Source: Anthoceros angustus (Eukaryota > Plantae > Anthocerotophyta). Taken from it: a DNA stretch of 64,000 bases. The DNA is taken from contig MU008211.1 in the NCBI GenBank assembly GCA_010909165.1, positions 248,001-312,000 on the forward strand, in the 5' to 3' direction. Under the pieces are notes generated by a model. That model was not told the DNA's origin. It ran no database searches and saw nothing but the letters and a program-made list of their open reading frames with translations. This document shows positions 23,913 through 36,900 of the stretch, piece after piece (the stretch's first letter is position 1; every line of letters begins with the position of its first letter). The position numbers and the translations under genes were made by a program.

Positions 23913-26900
23913 TCAGGTGAGGGTGACCAGATTCGACTTCTTCTCTCGGTGGTGCCATGTCAAACTTGCATGCTTGGACAAATTCAGTAAGATGCAATCA
24001 TGGAGATCCAAGGGCAAGTCAGACAAACCCGCCACGTCGAATCGGTAGTAATGACCAACCACCACCTCCTCCCAGTTGGTAGTTTGTATCGCTCCGGGCG
24101 TGTCGGACACTCTCACCAGTGCTTTGCTTCCGTACAGAGGAGGTAGAAGTCCCGCCTTCGCCTCGGGTCTCGCAAACACAAGGAAATTGTCGCCAACTTC
24201 CAATATATCAGCCGTGAGACACGTCAACAACATCCTCATCTTCACGATCGCCCAATGCACAAAAGACCTCCACCATTGCCGCTGGTTGGCGATGCTAATT
24301 CGAGCAACACTTTGTCCGCATGAGGTCCGATCGTAACTGCCCAATATCCAGTGAGGGACCGTGGGACAATCGCATGGTTGCTCTCAAGGCACTCGACAAA
24401 AGCATGCCAAGCTCCGCATCCTCAATGCGTAGGGTCATCCACATTGCAACCATGGCTATGCATCAACTTAGAGCACGGAATGGGGTCACATGCATGCTTG
24501 TTCCTCCTATTCACCTCATTTTTCCCTATCGCCAAAAACTCCTATGCACGCCATGTTCTCCGGATGCATAGGAGGTTGATGCCACCGAGATGTTGTTGCG
24601 AAGGTACTCCACCACATCTTGAGCATTCGCACCACCTTGGAGAGGACTCACCGCAAAGAGCTCGCCAGGATTGCACCAAGACCGCCATGTTCTCCTCACC
24701 GTGCCCACTACCAAAATATGACCAAAGCATGTTACACCCTCCGTGAGGCTTGGATACCGAGCAATGAAGTAGCTTGGTCGACATGCCTTGAATTGGCTTG
24801 CTGCCCCATCCGACCAGCACAGTGTTCCCGAGGTAGTGGGAATCCGAATCCCGCGCCATTGATGCGAAACAATGTTGCACAAAAGAGTGTCATGAACCAT
24901 ATCGTCACTAATATAAAATGGTAATACTTCTCTATGGTTGATGAAGGGTCTTCGCATCAAGAGGGCCATTGCGCTAAAACACGAGAACCGAATGGATACG
25001 GTCGCTTTTGCGGTGCATAGATTGGATTTCGTCGCACGCCAAAGCATAGTTGCGAAAAGTCCATCACGGATACTACAACATCTTGGGAAACCATTCTAGG
25101 CACTTCGAACTCTATCCCTTGCCACGAACAAAATCATGGAGCACAAACTCCTTCAGCTTGATCTTGTGTGCTCCACAAACTCGATGGGTGTGTTTCCATG
25201 AAGACTAACTTGATGCGTTTTTATCATGGCCATCCGAATCTTTGCCAACAACTTGGTAATCGAAAACATCGCCACTTGAGAGCAGTCGGGTTGGATAGTT
25301 GCATCTACCTCCGATGGACAAAAGGCAAGTGTACTAACACCACACGAACAAGTTCCTTGCAAGCATGCAAGAGCATGCCAATCAAGATCCGGGTTCCTTT
25401 GCACAAAGGACACGCTACAAAGCACCCTCACGACGGCAAACAGAGGAAGCAGATTACATGCAAGATCCGATGACCCTAAAGGAGGATTACAAACAAGGCA
25501 AGAGCATTCAGGGCTACGGGTGAACTCGAAACCGCTTCCCTAAGGCCATTGAAAGCATCCTTTAGGAATGCCATCTCAACATGGTACCTACAAGATAGAT
25601 TGCGCTCTTGTAGGCTCTTCACATAGAAGGGCTTCAATTTCTCGAATGTACGTGGCCTACTTGAATATCGTGGTGTTCATGATGAAGGTAGAATTCCGTC
25701 GCATGGTAGCATCGTATGAATCGGTCCGAATGTATACACAACCCTATGTGTCCGAGCCAACAAGCTTAAGGTACCAAAAGGCAAGACAAGTGGACACATG
25801 CCCAAGTTACGATGACCCAAAAACTTGGCAAAGGCCCGTGGCAAAGAACGTGACCAAGTGTACATGACCAGGAAGCCACATGCTCATCCAAAAAAGAGGT
25901 TGCTCAATACAGAAATCATCCTTCTGGGCATGGACAAAAGGGACAGCGGGGGGTGACAACTCGGCCACACATGTGCAAACTGAGTGAAGCGACCATGTGA
26001 CCACCGAGTCAAGCAACCATGTGACCACTGAGTGAAGCAACCTTGTGACCACAGGGTCAAGCAACCATGTGCCCACTGAGTCAAGCAACCATGTGACCAT
26101 AAGGAATGGGAACTTGTGGTCACCTGTGGTTGCCCTGCGCGTCGCCACCACAATTGTGACCAATGAGTCCACCAACCATGTGACCACAAGCACTACTTGT
26201 GGTCACCATGGGTGACACAATGTGGCAAGAGGCCCATGACCAATCTTGTGGTCTCGCGCAGTGGCCATCCGAGCATGGTGAGCACATGGGAAGACCACAA
26301 TAAGTCAATGGCACCGACATCCACAATGGCAAATGTCTGTACATCGTGCATAAATAGCAACCACCATGTACATCACCCTTGTGCAGTGACATCACAACCG
26401 GCGTTTGCACCAAGCATGCATTCGCCTTCCTTGAATGCCTCACCGGACATGAAAGCAAACATCGAACAACTGAATTCTCATAAAAACACGAACGCGGAGG
26501 AAAACAATATGCAGGCATTTAACCGAGACATCACTCAAACATCACCAATAGCGGACTGTCACCAATCACCACATCACAAACAACATGTCCACCACAACTA
26601 CGCAGATAAACCGAAGAATGAAAGATCAACTCGAGACATATCAAGGAAGTGAGTGATATGCTTGGTAAACGTCTTTGGAGCTGTTCTCAACCGTTTTGTG
26701 TCCTTTGTGTTTGATGAGGGGCGCGAAGCAAGCTCAAGCGCACAATGCCGTCCTTGACATACCAAAACAATGTCATTCCGTGTTCCCCTACCGCACCACA
26801 CCATGACCACAATTCACCACGTTCATGCCGAGAGTTTAGTGCGCGATATAGGCCTCCCTCGACTCCTATCTGCCGAGAGAGAGGAAACCAGGATGGCTTC

Positions 26901-27448
26901 CATGGATGTCCTCTCGAATGATGTTGAATAGTGTGTTCTCGGCCCTCGTGTGGTCTCCAAATTGCACATCCTTTAGACGTGTACATGCATCCTTCACATT
27001 CTTCAATATCAAGGTTGCAAGGTGGCTATCCTTTGCGTCATGCAATATCTCGAACAGTTCTTTAGCAATGGCAAGTGGCCAAAAAGTGCCAAGATGTCCT
27101 TCCTGCATGATGATGTGTACGCAGAAGTGAGGGACAAAAAATGTTGCCCAAGTTGGCGAGCTACTCGTTGTTTCGCACGGAGAGAGCACTCTCGACTCCC
27201 CCTGGAGGCAGCCATAGCCCGCTGCTCAGCTCTCCACTTTCGGACGCGTTCTGTTGACGACCGTTTGCCTGGCCACCACCCTCATGTCTGTCCTCCCCCT
27301 CGCGAGCATCTAGCCCTTGTTGTTCATCTTCCTCCTCGATAACCCGCACCAACCGGATGTTTGCAGATGCAGTTGTTTGGGCCTGCTTTTCCCTCTGACG
27401 ACGCTTCTGTTCAGCCCATGCTCGCTGGCTTGCTGGTGAACGGGCCAT
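23913..27448 (-). mobile_element. Decayed DNA-transposon transposase, Sola2-like DDE signature
   Basis: FYISDDMVHD...WSDGAASQFK...GCNMLWSYFGSGHG.GEH.G.GAIL...CFC..C...LEVGDNFLV. N-terminus MARSPASQRAWAEQKRRQREK at 27448. Superfamily assignment is from remembered motifs; TIRs not located. Confidence 0.55.
25980..26190. repeat. 24-bp tandem repeat x5 plus one detached copy
   Basis: (tgagtcaagcaaccatgtgaccac) unit; translates as VTWLLDSV repeats on the minus strand. Confidence 0.9.
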
Positions 27449-28329
27449 GCCACAATACCATCATCAGCATGCTATACGCACACTGCCCTCATGACTCTGC
27501 ACTTTACCAAAAAGGCTTGAGTTAAGAGCGACACAAGCACCCATTAACAAGGCCCCACACGATACACGAATGGCACAGTAGCAGATTACCTCCACCGCCA
27601 AAGATCATCTTGCATTACCACCGACACACATCACCCAAAGACCGCAAGCTTGAACCGAGCGGCGCCGATCGAAGCGTAACGCCAATATCCCGTAGCAAAC
27701 CTAGCATACCGCATCAACCACCGGATCGACATACTCATCATCCACGTGCACTAGCATCAACATCCATCCACCAAAACCGGCGCCTCCTCCACTCCGGTGG
27801 CGGATCCGGTCAATCTTTGGTTGCAACATAGTGTGACCGCTGTGGAGAGCAACCACGCCAAGTTCTTGGTGTCATCACCCACAAGTTCCTACTCCTTCTC
27901 CACATCGGACAAATGACAAGTGCACAAGTCCGCTCATGTCACCGACCTTCCGGAGCGTGAGTCCCCAACCACCGATTTCCTCGGCCTTGGCGGTTTTGAG
28001 GTTGACTTGTTAATGCCGAGTTGAGCGGTGGTACGCAACCCGATCCACTAGGTAAATAATCCAATTCAAATTCGCCATAAACCGACGGGCCATGGCGGTT
28101 CATCACAATTGTGGCTAAATGAACTTTGTGTCGTGGACAAACCCGTCCGTGAACTCAACATTTGTTTATGTGAAATAGATATTTTAATAATCTATATATT
28201 TTTATATATTAACGCCAAATACAAAAACTCACATGCTATAAGTGTAAAAATTAGATACATCCGGACGAAATGAATTACATATATTTATATGAACATAGAG
28301 AGGACAAATTAAGAGTGTTTCGTCCGTTC

Positions 28330-28696
28330 CTCACTTAAGTGAGCACCAAAGCATGCTTGCACCCGATAAGGAGCTATACGACTCTTGGCGTACACACATG
28401 ACTCACAGAATGGTAATGGGGACAGTTGAGTAAGAGGTTCTGCGTACAAGTTGCTTTGGCTGAGAGTTACTAACTTACGTGAATTAACGTGTGCTAGCCT
28501 ATGGTGCCATAGGACAGATTGCTTAGACTGAGTCAAGTTGGCAATGTTAGTAACAGGTGTTGGGGATAGATCTAACCTATATAGGTCATTGAATGGTCTA
28601 CCAATGCAGAGACATAACACATTAGAAGGACTGACTGTGTCATGGATCATGCAGGTATCTCCAGCAAAATGAACATTGTACTGACATTGTACTGAT
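28330..28696 (-). pseudogene. Copia C pre-integrase fragment (continuation of 40895-42869)
   Basis: YNVHFAGDTC...LYRL...LWHHRLAHVN...FCESCVYAK. Joins LEDVYYVPQMSKNLVSIRRLTLSNQ across the inserted element D. Confidence 0.85.
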
Positions 28697-29549
28697 TGAC
28701 AAAATATAGGGCTAATGTAAATCAATTATACCATTTGTATAGATTACATCTTAGATAATCAAGAAAAAGAGAGTAACTTGCTTAAGTGAACAGACAACTT
28801 AAACTAACTTTACGAAAGGGTGTGGCTATTCACTAATAGTCCTAACCCTAGCGAAACATTATGTCTATTTGTGGACTACGGACTTCCCTTAAAGTTAGGA
28901 AATGAGACGGGTTTTGTTTTTTTCATAGGTCCGAAGTAGAAATAAGGCGGAAAAGGAGGAATAAGCACGGATGGCGCTCCGGACTGGACTCCGGAGTATA
29001 CATCGGACTCCGGAGTGGGTAACGGACCCCGGTACCACTATGGCGAGCTCCGGATCACGCCCGGTGTAACGGGATAAGTCCGGACCCCACTCCGGGTCAA
29101 AACAGGATAAGTACGCCATGGAAATTAACTTAGAAGTTGAGTCGTGAGGATGCATTTGGGCGGCGCCACGTGGGCCACGAGTGGAGGTCGGCATGCAGCA
29201 GTCAGACCGACTGTGGCCGCAGGTATTCACGCCCGCGGATCGCGCGCGGCGTAAGGCCGCAGTACGCGCGGCGTGTAAGCGGAGGCGTAAGGTCGAGTAA
29301 GCCATGCGTACTCGCGCTACGGTGGAAGAGGCGCCTTCCCGCCCGCCATTTCCAACGCGCCGACGAGGAGGGTCAGCCGCGCACCGAGACAATTCGCGGT
29401 CTCTTGCGCCCGCAACCCGCTCGGGCGCTATCTCTTTGAACGCCAGCATCTTCACGCGGCTCACCGCCGGGTTGGAGCAATAACGCGGGCGAAGAGGGCG
29501 ATCGTGCCGGTCTCCCGCCAGCCTACAAAGAACGAAGGAGAAGAAGGCG

Positions 29550-32240
29550 ATGGCACCCAAAAAGGTCGCGGAGGTCCGGGAGCCATGGAACCCGGTAGAG
29601 CGCAACATTGTGACCCGGCGCTATCCGGACTTTGGGCCCCGGCCGAGGAAGCGGAGGATTAGTCGAGGAGTGGCACTTAGACGTGTTCCAGTCGTCGACG
29701 CTTGACAAGGTCACCGTCCGGAGTTCGCCGGAAGATGTTGGCGGCCAACAAGGAGGTTCGGTCCAAGAACCTCCGGGAGGATCCTAGGCGATGGACCTTG
29801 GAGGTCACGAGGCGGCCTACAACCGCCCAAAGGAGGAAGATGGGGCGAGTCCGCAGCCCCTCAAGGCGAAGGAAAGATAGGGCCGCAACAAGGCGATGCC
29901 GAGGCTCGAACGCAGCGGACAACCAACGGTGGTTGATATCGACTGCCGATAGAGTAAGGGTCAGAGTCGGATTATTGTCCATTGAACTTGCTCACCAAGG
30001 TGGATCACCTTGGTGATAATTGTTCCTGCGCGCTGGGAAGAGGGCGGACTGGGAAGGATTATCTTCGCCTGCCCAGAGGCCCGTGCCGAGGAGCGAGAAG
30101 CCCTGACCTGGATCCCCATACCCGATCCATGTATGGGGACATTTCGAGCTCTCAAGGAGGGAGAGATCGAGCGGCGCCCGGAAGGCCGAGGCCCCGCCGA
30201 AGCGGAGGCGTGCAAGGGCGCCGAGGTGGGGGCCGACCCCTAAGGCCAAGCGGACCGGGAGGAGGACGATCGAGGATTCCTGACTCCATACGCCCTGAGC
30301 GGACCCCTCACCACCTGTGGAAGTATGGGAAGATATCCCCGCCTCTTCTCTTGGTGCCTCCTCGGAGCAATCAACGCAGCAGAGGGAACGACGGAGCGGA
30401 GTTGGCGGTTGCGGCTCGGTGGCCAGCGACCGCCGCCGGCGAGCCCGGACTCGGCGGGAACGGCGCAAGGCGGCGTCTGCAGCACCTCGGAGGTGCCATG
30501 CCTTACCCACCCGGGTAACAAGAGGCGGGCGGTGGGAGGCGAGAAGGGCGCTCAAGGCGGGAGGTCCGGCGCACCGGAGCCGATCCTGTCTCCGGCAGGA
30601 AGGGGCAAAAGGGCTAGCTCCCGACCCCTCACCTCCTCCGAGCCCTGTGAGAAGAGGGCAGAAGGAACTCGCGCCAAGGGCCAAGGAGGGTGAAGCGAGT
30701 CACCACTCGTGACCTAAGGGTCCCGATTAGGTCCGGAGAACCCAGTCCGGACTTACTCCCGGATCAAGGTATGGAGGTCCTTGGCGGACGTGAAATGCCC
30801 GCCTCCCACTACGGACTTTGTGGGGTCTCACTGGGCCGTGGAAGAAACACGGTGGGTCACAGCTACCGTCATGGACGGTATGCTTTGGGGTCTCTGGACA
30901 GCCGAGAAGACCTGTGGAAGTAGAAGCCACCCGAGGAAGTATGGGAAGATATCCCTTCCCTTCTCTTGCCTCCTCGGAGCAATCAGCGGCGGAGGGGAGC
31001 GGAGGCGGGAGTTGGCGGTTGCGGCTCGCAGCCCGGCAGCTGACCCAGCCGGACTCGGCGGAGGCGAGGCCGGCGCAAGGCGTCTGCGCGGACACCTCGG
31101 GGTGCAGTGCCTTACCCACCAGGTGTGGGGTGAGAGTGGGGAGGCGAAGGGCGCTCAAGGAGGCGGAGGTCAGCGGCGGCGGAGCCGATCTGTCTCGGCG
31201 GAAGGGGCAAAGGCTAGCTCCGGACCCCTCACCTCCTCAGCCCAGGAGAAGAGGCAAATAAGGCTGGCGGCCAAGAGGGCCAAGGAGGTGGCTCGGGCTC
31301 GGCACTCGGGACCTAAGGGTCTGATTAGGTCCGGAGAACCCAGTCAGGACTTACTCGGGCTGCGGTATGGAGGTCCTTGGCGGACGTGAAATGCCCGCCT
31401 CCCCTCACGGACTTTGTGGGGTCTCACGGTGGCGGCCGTGGAAGAAACACGGCGGGTCACAGCTACCGTCATGGACGGTATGCTTTGGGGTCTCTGGGAC
31501 GGTAGAAGACCCGAGGTAAAGCCACCGGGCGTATGGTGCTCCTCCAGGAGCAGTTGGAGGCGGCCCATGAGGCAAGGAGGAAGGCCGAAGCTCTCGGCCG
31601 CATCGAAGAAGGGAAATGCGGGGAGGCCGAGAGGGAAGTCCGTCCATCGACAGACCGACTAAATTCCTTCACCGGGTGAGCAAAACAGTGCGGAGGCCCA
31701 AGCACGGGCGGAAGACCTCTGCAGGCGGAGAGGAGTAGCGCAGCAGGAGGCGAGGAGGCCCGCAGCGAGAAGGCTCGTGACTGGCAGGCGGCGGGGCGGA
31801 CCCGGGAGGAGGCGATGGTGCTCCTCCGGGAGGCGGAGGCCGCACTAAGCCGTCGTGATCACTATCGGCGTGATCGGAACGGTGGAGGGAGACGGATAGC
31901 GGCTAACTCAAGAAGGAGCAGGAGGCGGCGGGCAGTGCAGGCGGCCATGCAGGAGGAGGAAGCAGCTGCAAGGAGATGGAGGATCTCCGGGCTCATGAGG
32001 TGGAGCGCCGCGTGAGATGGAAGACCGCAAGGAGACTCGAGTGCAGCCCAAGTTACCATTGAGAGGAATGGTGTCTGCGGGCGTGATCGCGATCACGAGC
32101 GAGAAATAAGCGGCTCTGGCGGACGGAGGAAGTAAGGCGATGGAACAGGAGCGTGACGCCGAAATGGAGAAGGACACAGGTGAAGCCCGCACGGGCGAGC
32201 GTTCATCCGGAGAGGGAGATGGCGAGTTAACGCCGTAATG
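29550..32240 (+). pseudogene. Frameshifted ORF of unknown function inside element E
   Basis: MAPKK start at 29550, KMLAANKEV, WVTATVMDGMLWGL, C-terminal Glu/Arg-rich coiled coil. Internal blocks duplicated (~30240-30920 vs ~30925-31500). Confidence 0.35.
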
Positions 32241-32879
32241 AACGGAGAGCGAGAGCACCGGACGAAAAGAAGCACCGGTCCGCTTAAGAAAGGCGGAAGG
32301 GAGCGCCGCGCTATGGCGGTAAGCTAGCGGAGGCGAGGCCGGACTCGAAATGAGGAGGAGGAAGCAGGGAGGCGGTTGGAGGCGGAGGAGGTGACCGAGG
32401 CCTTGTAGCCTCAGATACGGCCCCCCAGTTGTCAAACTGGCGAGGTGGTCCAACAAGCCGGGCAAAGACGCCCAGCCCGAACACCAATGGCGGGGAGACG
32501 GTGCTCCGGCACACGTGGAAGAGGCACCAAAGAAGTTGATTCGGACTTTGCCTATTACCACGCCGAGCTCCTTAAGACATTGGCGACCTCTGGCGCCCGC
32601 AAATAAACGGACCTGGAAGGCTCGAAGGGATGAAGGGCATGGGGACGGCAGGGGACTCTAGTGGCCTGTTTGGAGGCAAGGAGGAAGCGGGGAGAAGAGC
32701 ATCGGGAGGAGCAGGACGCGCCAATACAACGAATCCTGTGGTAAGTCCCAAACCCGGAAGATAGGCGGCCTTGAAGGGGAGGCGGAAGGAGGAGAGCCAA
32801 ACCGACCCAAGACTGGGTCGGTGGGAAGGATGAGGACCTAGCGATGAGGTCCAGATAAGGGGTCCGGAGCTTGGGGACG

Positions 32880-33990
32880 GACCGGACCCCGAGGTCCGAA
32901 CCCCGAAGATGAGACCGACCCAGCAGACCGGACTCGGGAATAAGGCAAACTCCGAGTTCGACTCGAGTCGAGACCGGACCTCAAGGTCCGGACTCAGAAG
33001 TAAGGAGTCCCTCAGGCTTCTGTTGGGGAAGCGGTCAGTGGTCCCTGGAAGGGACCCCTTTGGGGGCGAGGGGCAGCGTTGTGGCCGGTCGTCGGACCGC
33101 CGCTAACAACGGAGATTCGGGAAGAGGAAGGGTCCCGGATCATCCGATTGCGCGCAGAATCGCCGGAGATTGGACCACCAATTAAAGGCGGAACCGGGAC
33201 CTTCCCACCGACAAGGAGATAGGAGGAGGAATAGGATGGTAGGCGGCCGATTAGGGCGCATCGAGGGCCACCGCCCGTAATAGGGGTGTAATAAAGGCGC
33301 CGACCGAGTATAAGAGGTGAGGCTCTAAGTAAAGTATCTTCTCTTGGTGTTGATGCGCGTTTCTTGCGAGACCCTTGTGCGTCTTCTTGCTAACGTGAGT
33401 CCCGAGTCGAAAGGTGCACGATGCCCGGAGAGACCGATCAAGGTTCTCGTGACGGACCCGGTAATGTTCGGACCACGAGGTCGAACCCCGAAGATGAGCC
33501 GGACCCGGCGGGGCCGGACTCGGGAATAAGGACTCCGAGTTCCTCGGGGTCGAGGCCGGACCTCGAGGTCCGGACTCGAAATGAGGAGTCCCTCAGGCTT
33601 CTGTTGGGGAAGCGGTCGGTGGCCCTAGGAAGGGACCCTTTGGGGGCGAGGGGGCAGCGTTGTGGTAGCGGTCGAGGCCGCGCCGTAACCAACGAGTTCG
33701 GGAAGAGGAAGGGTCCGCCTCGCGGATCATCCGATTAGTGCGCCCAAGCTATCGGCCGGGATTGGACCACCAATCCAGGCGGAACCGGGACCTTCAGACC
33801 GTGAAGGAGATAGGAGGAGGAATAGGATGGTAGGCGGCCGATTAGGCGTCTTGGTGCCGGCTCGAGAATAGTGTAATAAAGGCGCCGACCTTGGCGTAGT
33901 ATAAGAAGAGGCTGCTCTAAGTAAATCATCTTTCTCTTGGTGTTGATGCGCGTTTCTTGCGAGACCCTTGTCGTCTTCTTGCTAACGTGA
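32880..33990 (+). repeat. Tandem duplication (2 x ~0.55 kb) containing a TATA-like/R-like segment of element E
   Basis: gtataagag...ctctaagtaaa.t.atct.tctcttggtgttgatgcgcgtttcttgcgagaccc occurs at ~33310 and ~33900. Confidence 0.85.
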
Positions 33991-36900
33991 GTCTGAGTCA
34001 CGGCGAGCACGGCGGCTCGGGAGGCGTCAAGGTCGGTGGCGGACCCTAACGTGGTGGTGTGTGCGGGGAAGGGTGGCGGGGACCCGCCTGCAGGGGACGG
34101 CCGGACCGGATCGAACGTGAGCCGGAGGAACTCGGGAGGCGTGTAGAGCCGGACGGAGAGGCCCCAGCGGAGGAGGTCCTGACTGTAGCCCCACATTTTC
34201 CCTAAGGATGAGTGTAGTGTGAGTGGAGAGAAGAACGGACTAGAGGTGCAAGTGTGACGTGAGCGATACGACAACGGGTCCTTAAACGCTTGGCCACACC
34301 GGCCCGTATGTGAACGCGAGTAGTTAGACGCGAATCGATGAATGTGTGCGTTGAGTCTGAACGGACGCAAAGTGAAGTGAGAATCGTCTGAAACGCGGCA
34401 AACGGAGCCTATCATTCCCTTGGGAACGGACTCCTTCCTACAACGACACGGGATTGTGCGCGCCCGGCTGGCCGTCAGCAAAAGTCGCGCCACACTATTC
34501 GCTACATGTATATATGTATACATTTCATTTAATCATGGATAAGGCTAAACCCTAAACCCTTTACTCTAGGTGTGTATATGGTCAACACTCTATTTCATCA
34601 CTCCCACTTGTTGCCATATTCACGCCTCTTGTTGACGTTTCGCATCTCCACCTTGATGTTGCAGTAGGTAGAGCTCGCGTCTATGAGTACGCTCCCTAGC
34701 ATCTAATTAGCAAGCCTGAGCCTCATAGCGTCTGCCAGATTTACTCTCCATGGAAACTCTGGTCTGTGTTCCCATCAGCATAAAAGGCAATATAAGAACT
34801 GTGGAGGAGAGGTTAGCCTCACTTCTCTTCTTGCTGTACTTGAGTGTGCGCTTGTGTGAAAGCTTAATTCCTTCACAGGATTCTACTTTGAAGCAACCTA
34901 ATAATATCCTCTTTTGATGAGGAGGTGCCGGTGACCAAAAGGGAGTGTCAGGGTCGCGATTATAGCCCACTAGGTTGGTTCACCTGTGTTCCTAGGACAA
35001 CTGCCCTTGTTACTCCAGCTTCAGCATCTGCAGCTGAGTAAAGGAAAACGCCCTCGCGGCCGTCCATATGGCACCACTAAGCTGGTATTGGAGAAACGTC
35101 GAGAAGCCGCTAAAGAGGCTGAGATGAGCGTTTCTTCCAAACGGACGTATGTGAAGTAGAGCTGCCCTAAGCCCTCTGATTATGTAAGGAGGAAGACGGA
35201 GGTGCCAAAGTTTGAGTACGTCAACTTTGAGAGGCACACTGCTGTATCCTTATGGTTTCAAATGGGAAAATACTACAGGAGACCAAGATAGTCATATGCC
35301 AAGTCAGGGTGCAAATTTGTCAAGCTGCAGTTCCTTGGTCATGTTGACAACGCTTACAGTAAGCTGTCCTCCTTTGATTTTCTTGAAGTCTTTACTTCGT
35401 TCCTGCTGTCCAAGCTTATGCTACGTGCTAATACTAGCTCCCACTGCCTCTAATATCAGGGTCTGAGGATTCTGAAGAGGCTGAAGAAGAGGACGTCTAG
35501 TGGGTCTCCACCTGATCATGACTCCTATGTCCATCAGGAAGATTCTGCGGAGTCTAACAATTTCTGGGATGATTAGCCAGCAGAAAAGACTTGAAGGTCT
35601 ACCAAAAACTGCACTTGCTTGTTTGTCCCTTGCAGCTCTTTCCAAAAAGAGCCTTGTTAGCTAGTATTTGCTGAGTTCCATATTCTTCATGTGAGAGTAG
35701 AACCTTGTTTGTTGAAAGCAAATAAGTCTAACACTTGTTTATCAATGTGACTTGTGGTGCTGGGCAAGATCAGAATCCCTTATTGCAATTTGCACCTGTG
35801 TCTCCAGAATGGCAGCTGTGAGTATCCAACACTCAGCTTTCGTAACAAAGCTATAATTAGTTGCTTTGCTTGACCAATAAAGATGGTCCACCAACAATTG
35901 AGACTATCTAGTCAAGAACAGATGTTCTGCTATCTGTATCACCTGTATGATAATCTAGAGTCTACAAAACTCCGAACAAGTGCTATCCCCATGTTTCATT
36001 CCTGTGTGTTGTGTTCTTGCGTGATGTACAAGCACACGCTTAACGCTTGTTTTGTATCCTGTGTACAGTGTCAGGATTGTCCAAGAATAATCTTGATAAA
36101 GTGCTTATATGATAAAGAAGGTCGCCACTGATACGTGTGGTTGTGTATACATAAAACACAAATCAGCTCTCTAGCTGCCTATCTTGCAAGGAGGTATGTT
36201 AGCTATTTTGATCCTTCCATCTCCCTTTCAAACTAGGAGAAATACATGTTCGCAAAGTCTGATTCACTAGGCAAAGGTGTAATAGCTGGTTTTTTATCAG
36301 CAAGCCACTAATTAGCACCATCAAGAGTGTATCTTGGCTGCAGTGGAGTTAGAAACTCCTAGTTCTGGTCCTTTGGATACAAAATCCAAGACAACAATTT
36401 GAAGAGACCCTTTCTAGGTCAGTTCAGATTTTTGAGCTAACAGATCGGTATAACTGTTCTTGCCATGACTGTTCTTGCCCTTTAGTACTTGAAGGCCACC
36501 CCGAAAAGACCGACTTGATTGCTTGCTCCCATGCACTGGTCGTGGTCAAGTCTGCTTGACACCTTTTTCAAGAATCTGAAGCTCGGTCGGATCAAGGTTA
36601 GTTGTCGGTCATCACCTACGAGAAATTATATCCAAGCGTATATAAAAGGTAACTGGAGTATGGCGCCTCGTGTGATCCGGTGGCCGCCTCGAGTTCAATT
36701 TCTTAATCATGATTCTCAGCTGGATCATGATCATCAACATCATGAGAAATCATTTGTGATCCAAATGATCTTCAAGTCAGGTTGGTGTCTTCAAGTCAAA
36801 TTCTGCTGGAGGTTTATGTTCCTGCACTTCAGTCATGTGCTCCTTCCCCACCTGTAGGATTAAAATCCTCTGCAGCATTGAGATATAGGGCTCCATGAGC

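Larger units (their letters stand above)
28870..34494 (+). mobile_element. 5.6-kb GC-rich TG..CA insertion (element E) in the 3' LTR of Copia D, solo-LTR-like
   Basis: Termini TGTGG..CCACA; TSD CTATT (28865-28869; 34495-34499); removing it restores the LTR exactly. No internal LTR pair, gag or pol seen. Strand inferred from the internal ORF remnant. Confidence 0.85.

Noticed and set aside
25980-26190. 24-, 32- and 42-bp repeats as CRISPR-like arrays
   Set aside because: Units are directly adjacent with no unique spacers, there are no cas genes, and the context is eukaryotic.
32575-32600. PBS-like tggcgacc within element E
   Set aside because: Complementarity to a tRNA 3' end is too short, and no matching second LTR follows.
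34545-34560. Telomeric repeat (ctaaaccctaaaccct), also in the other D LTR
   Set aside because: Only about two units inside an LTR; at most a telo-box-like motif, not an interstitial telomere.
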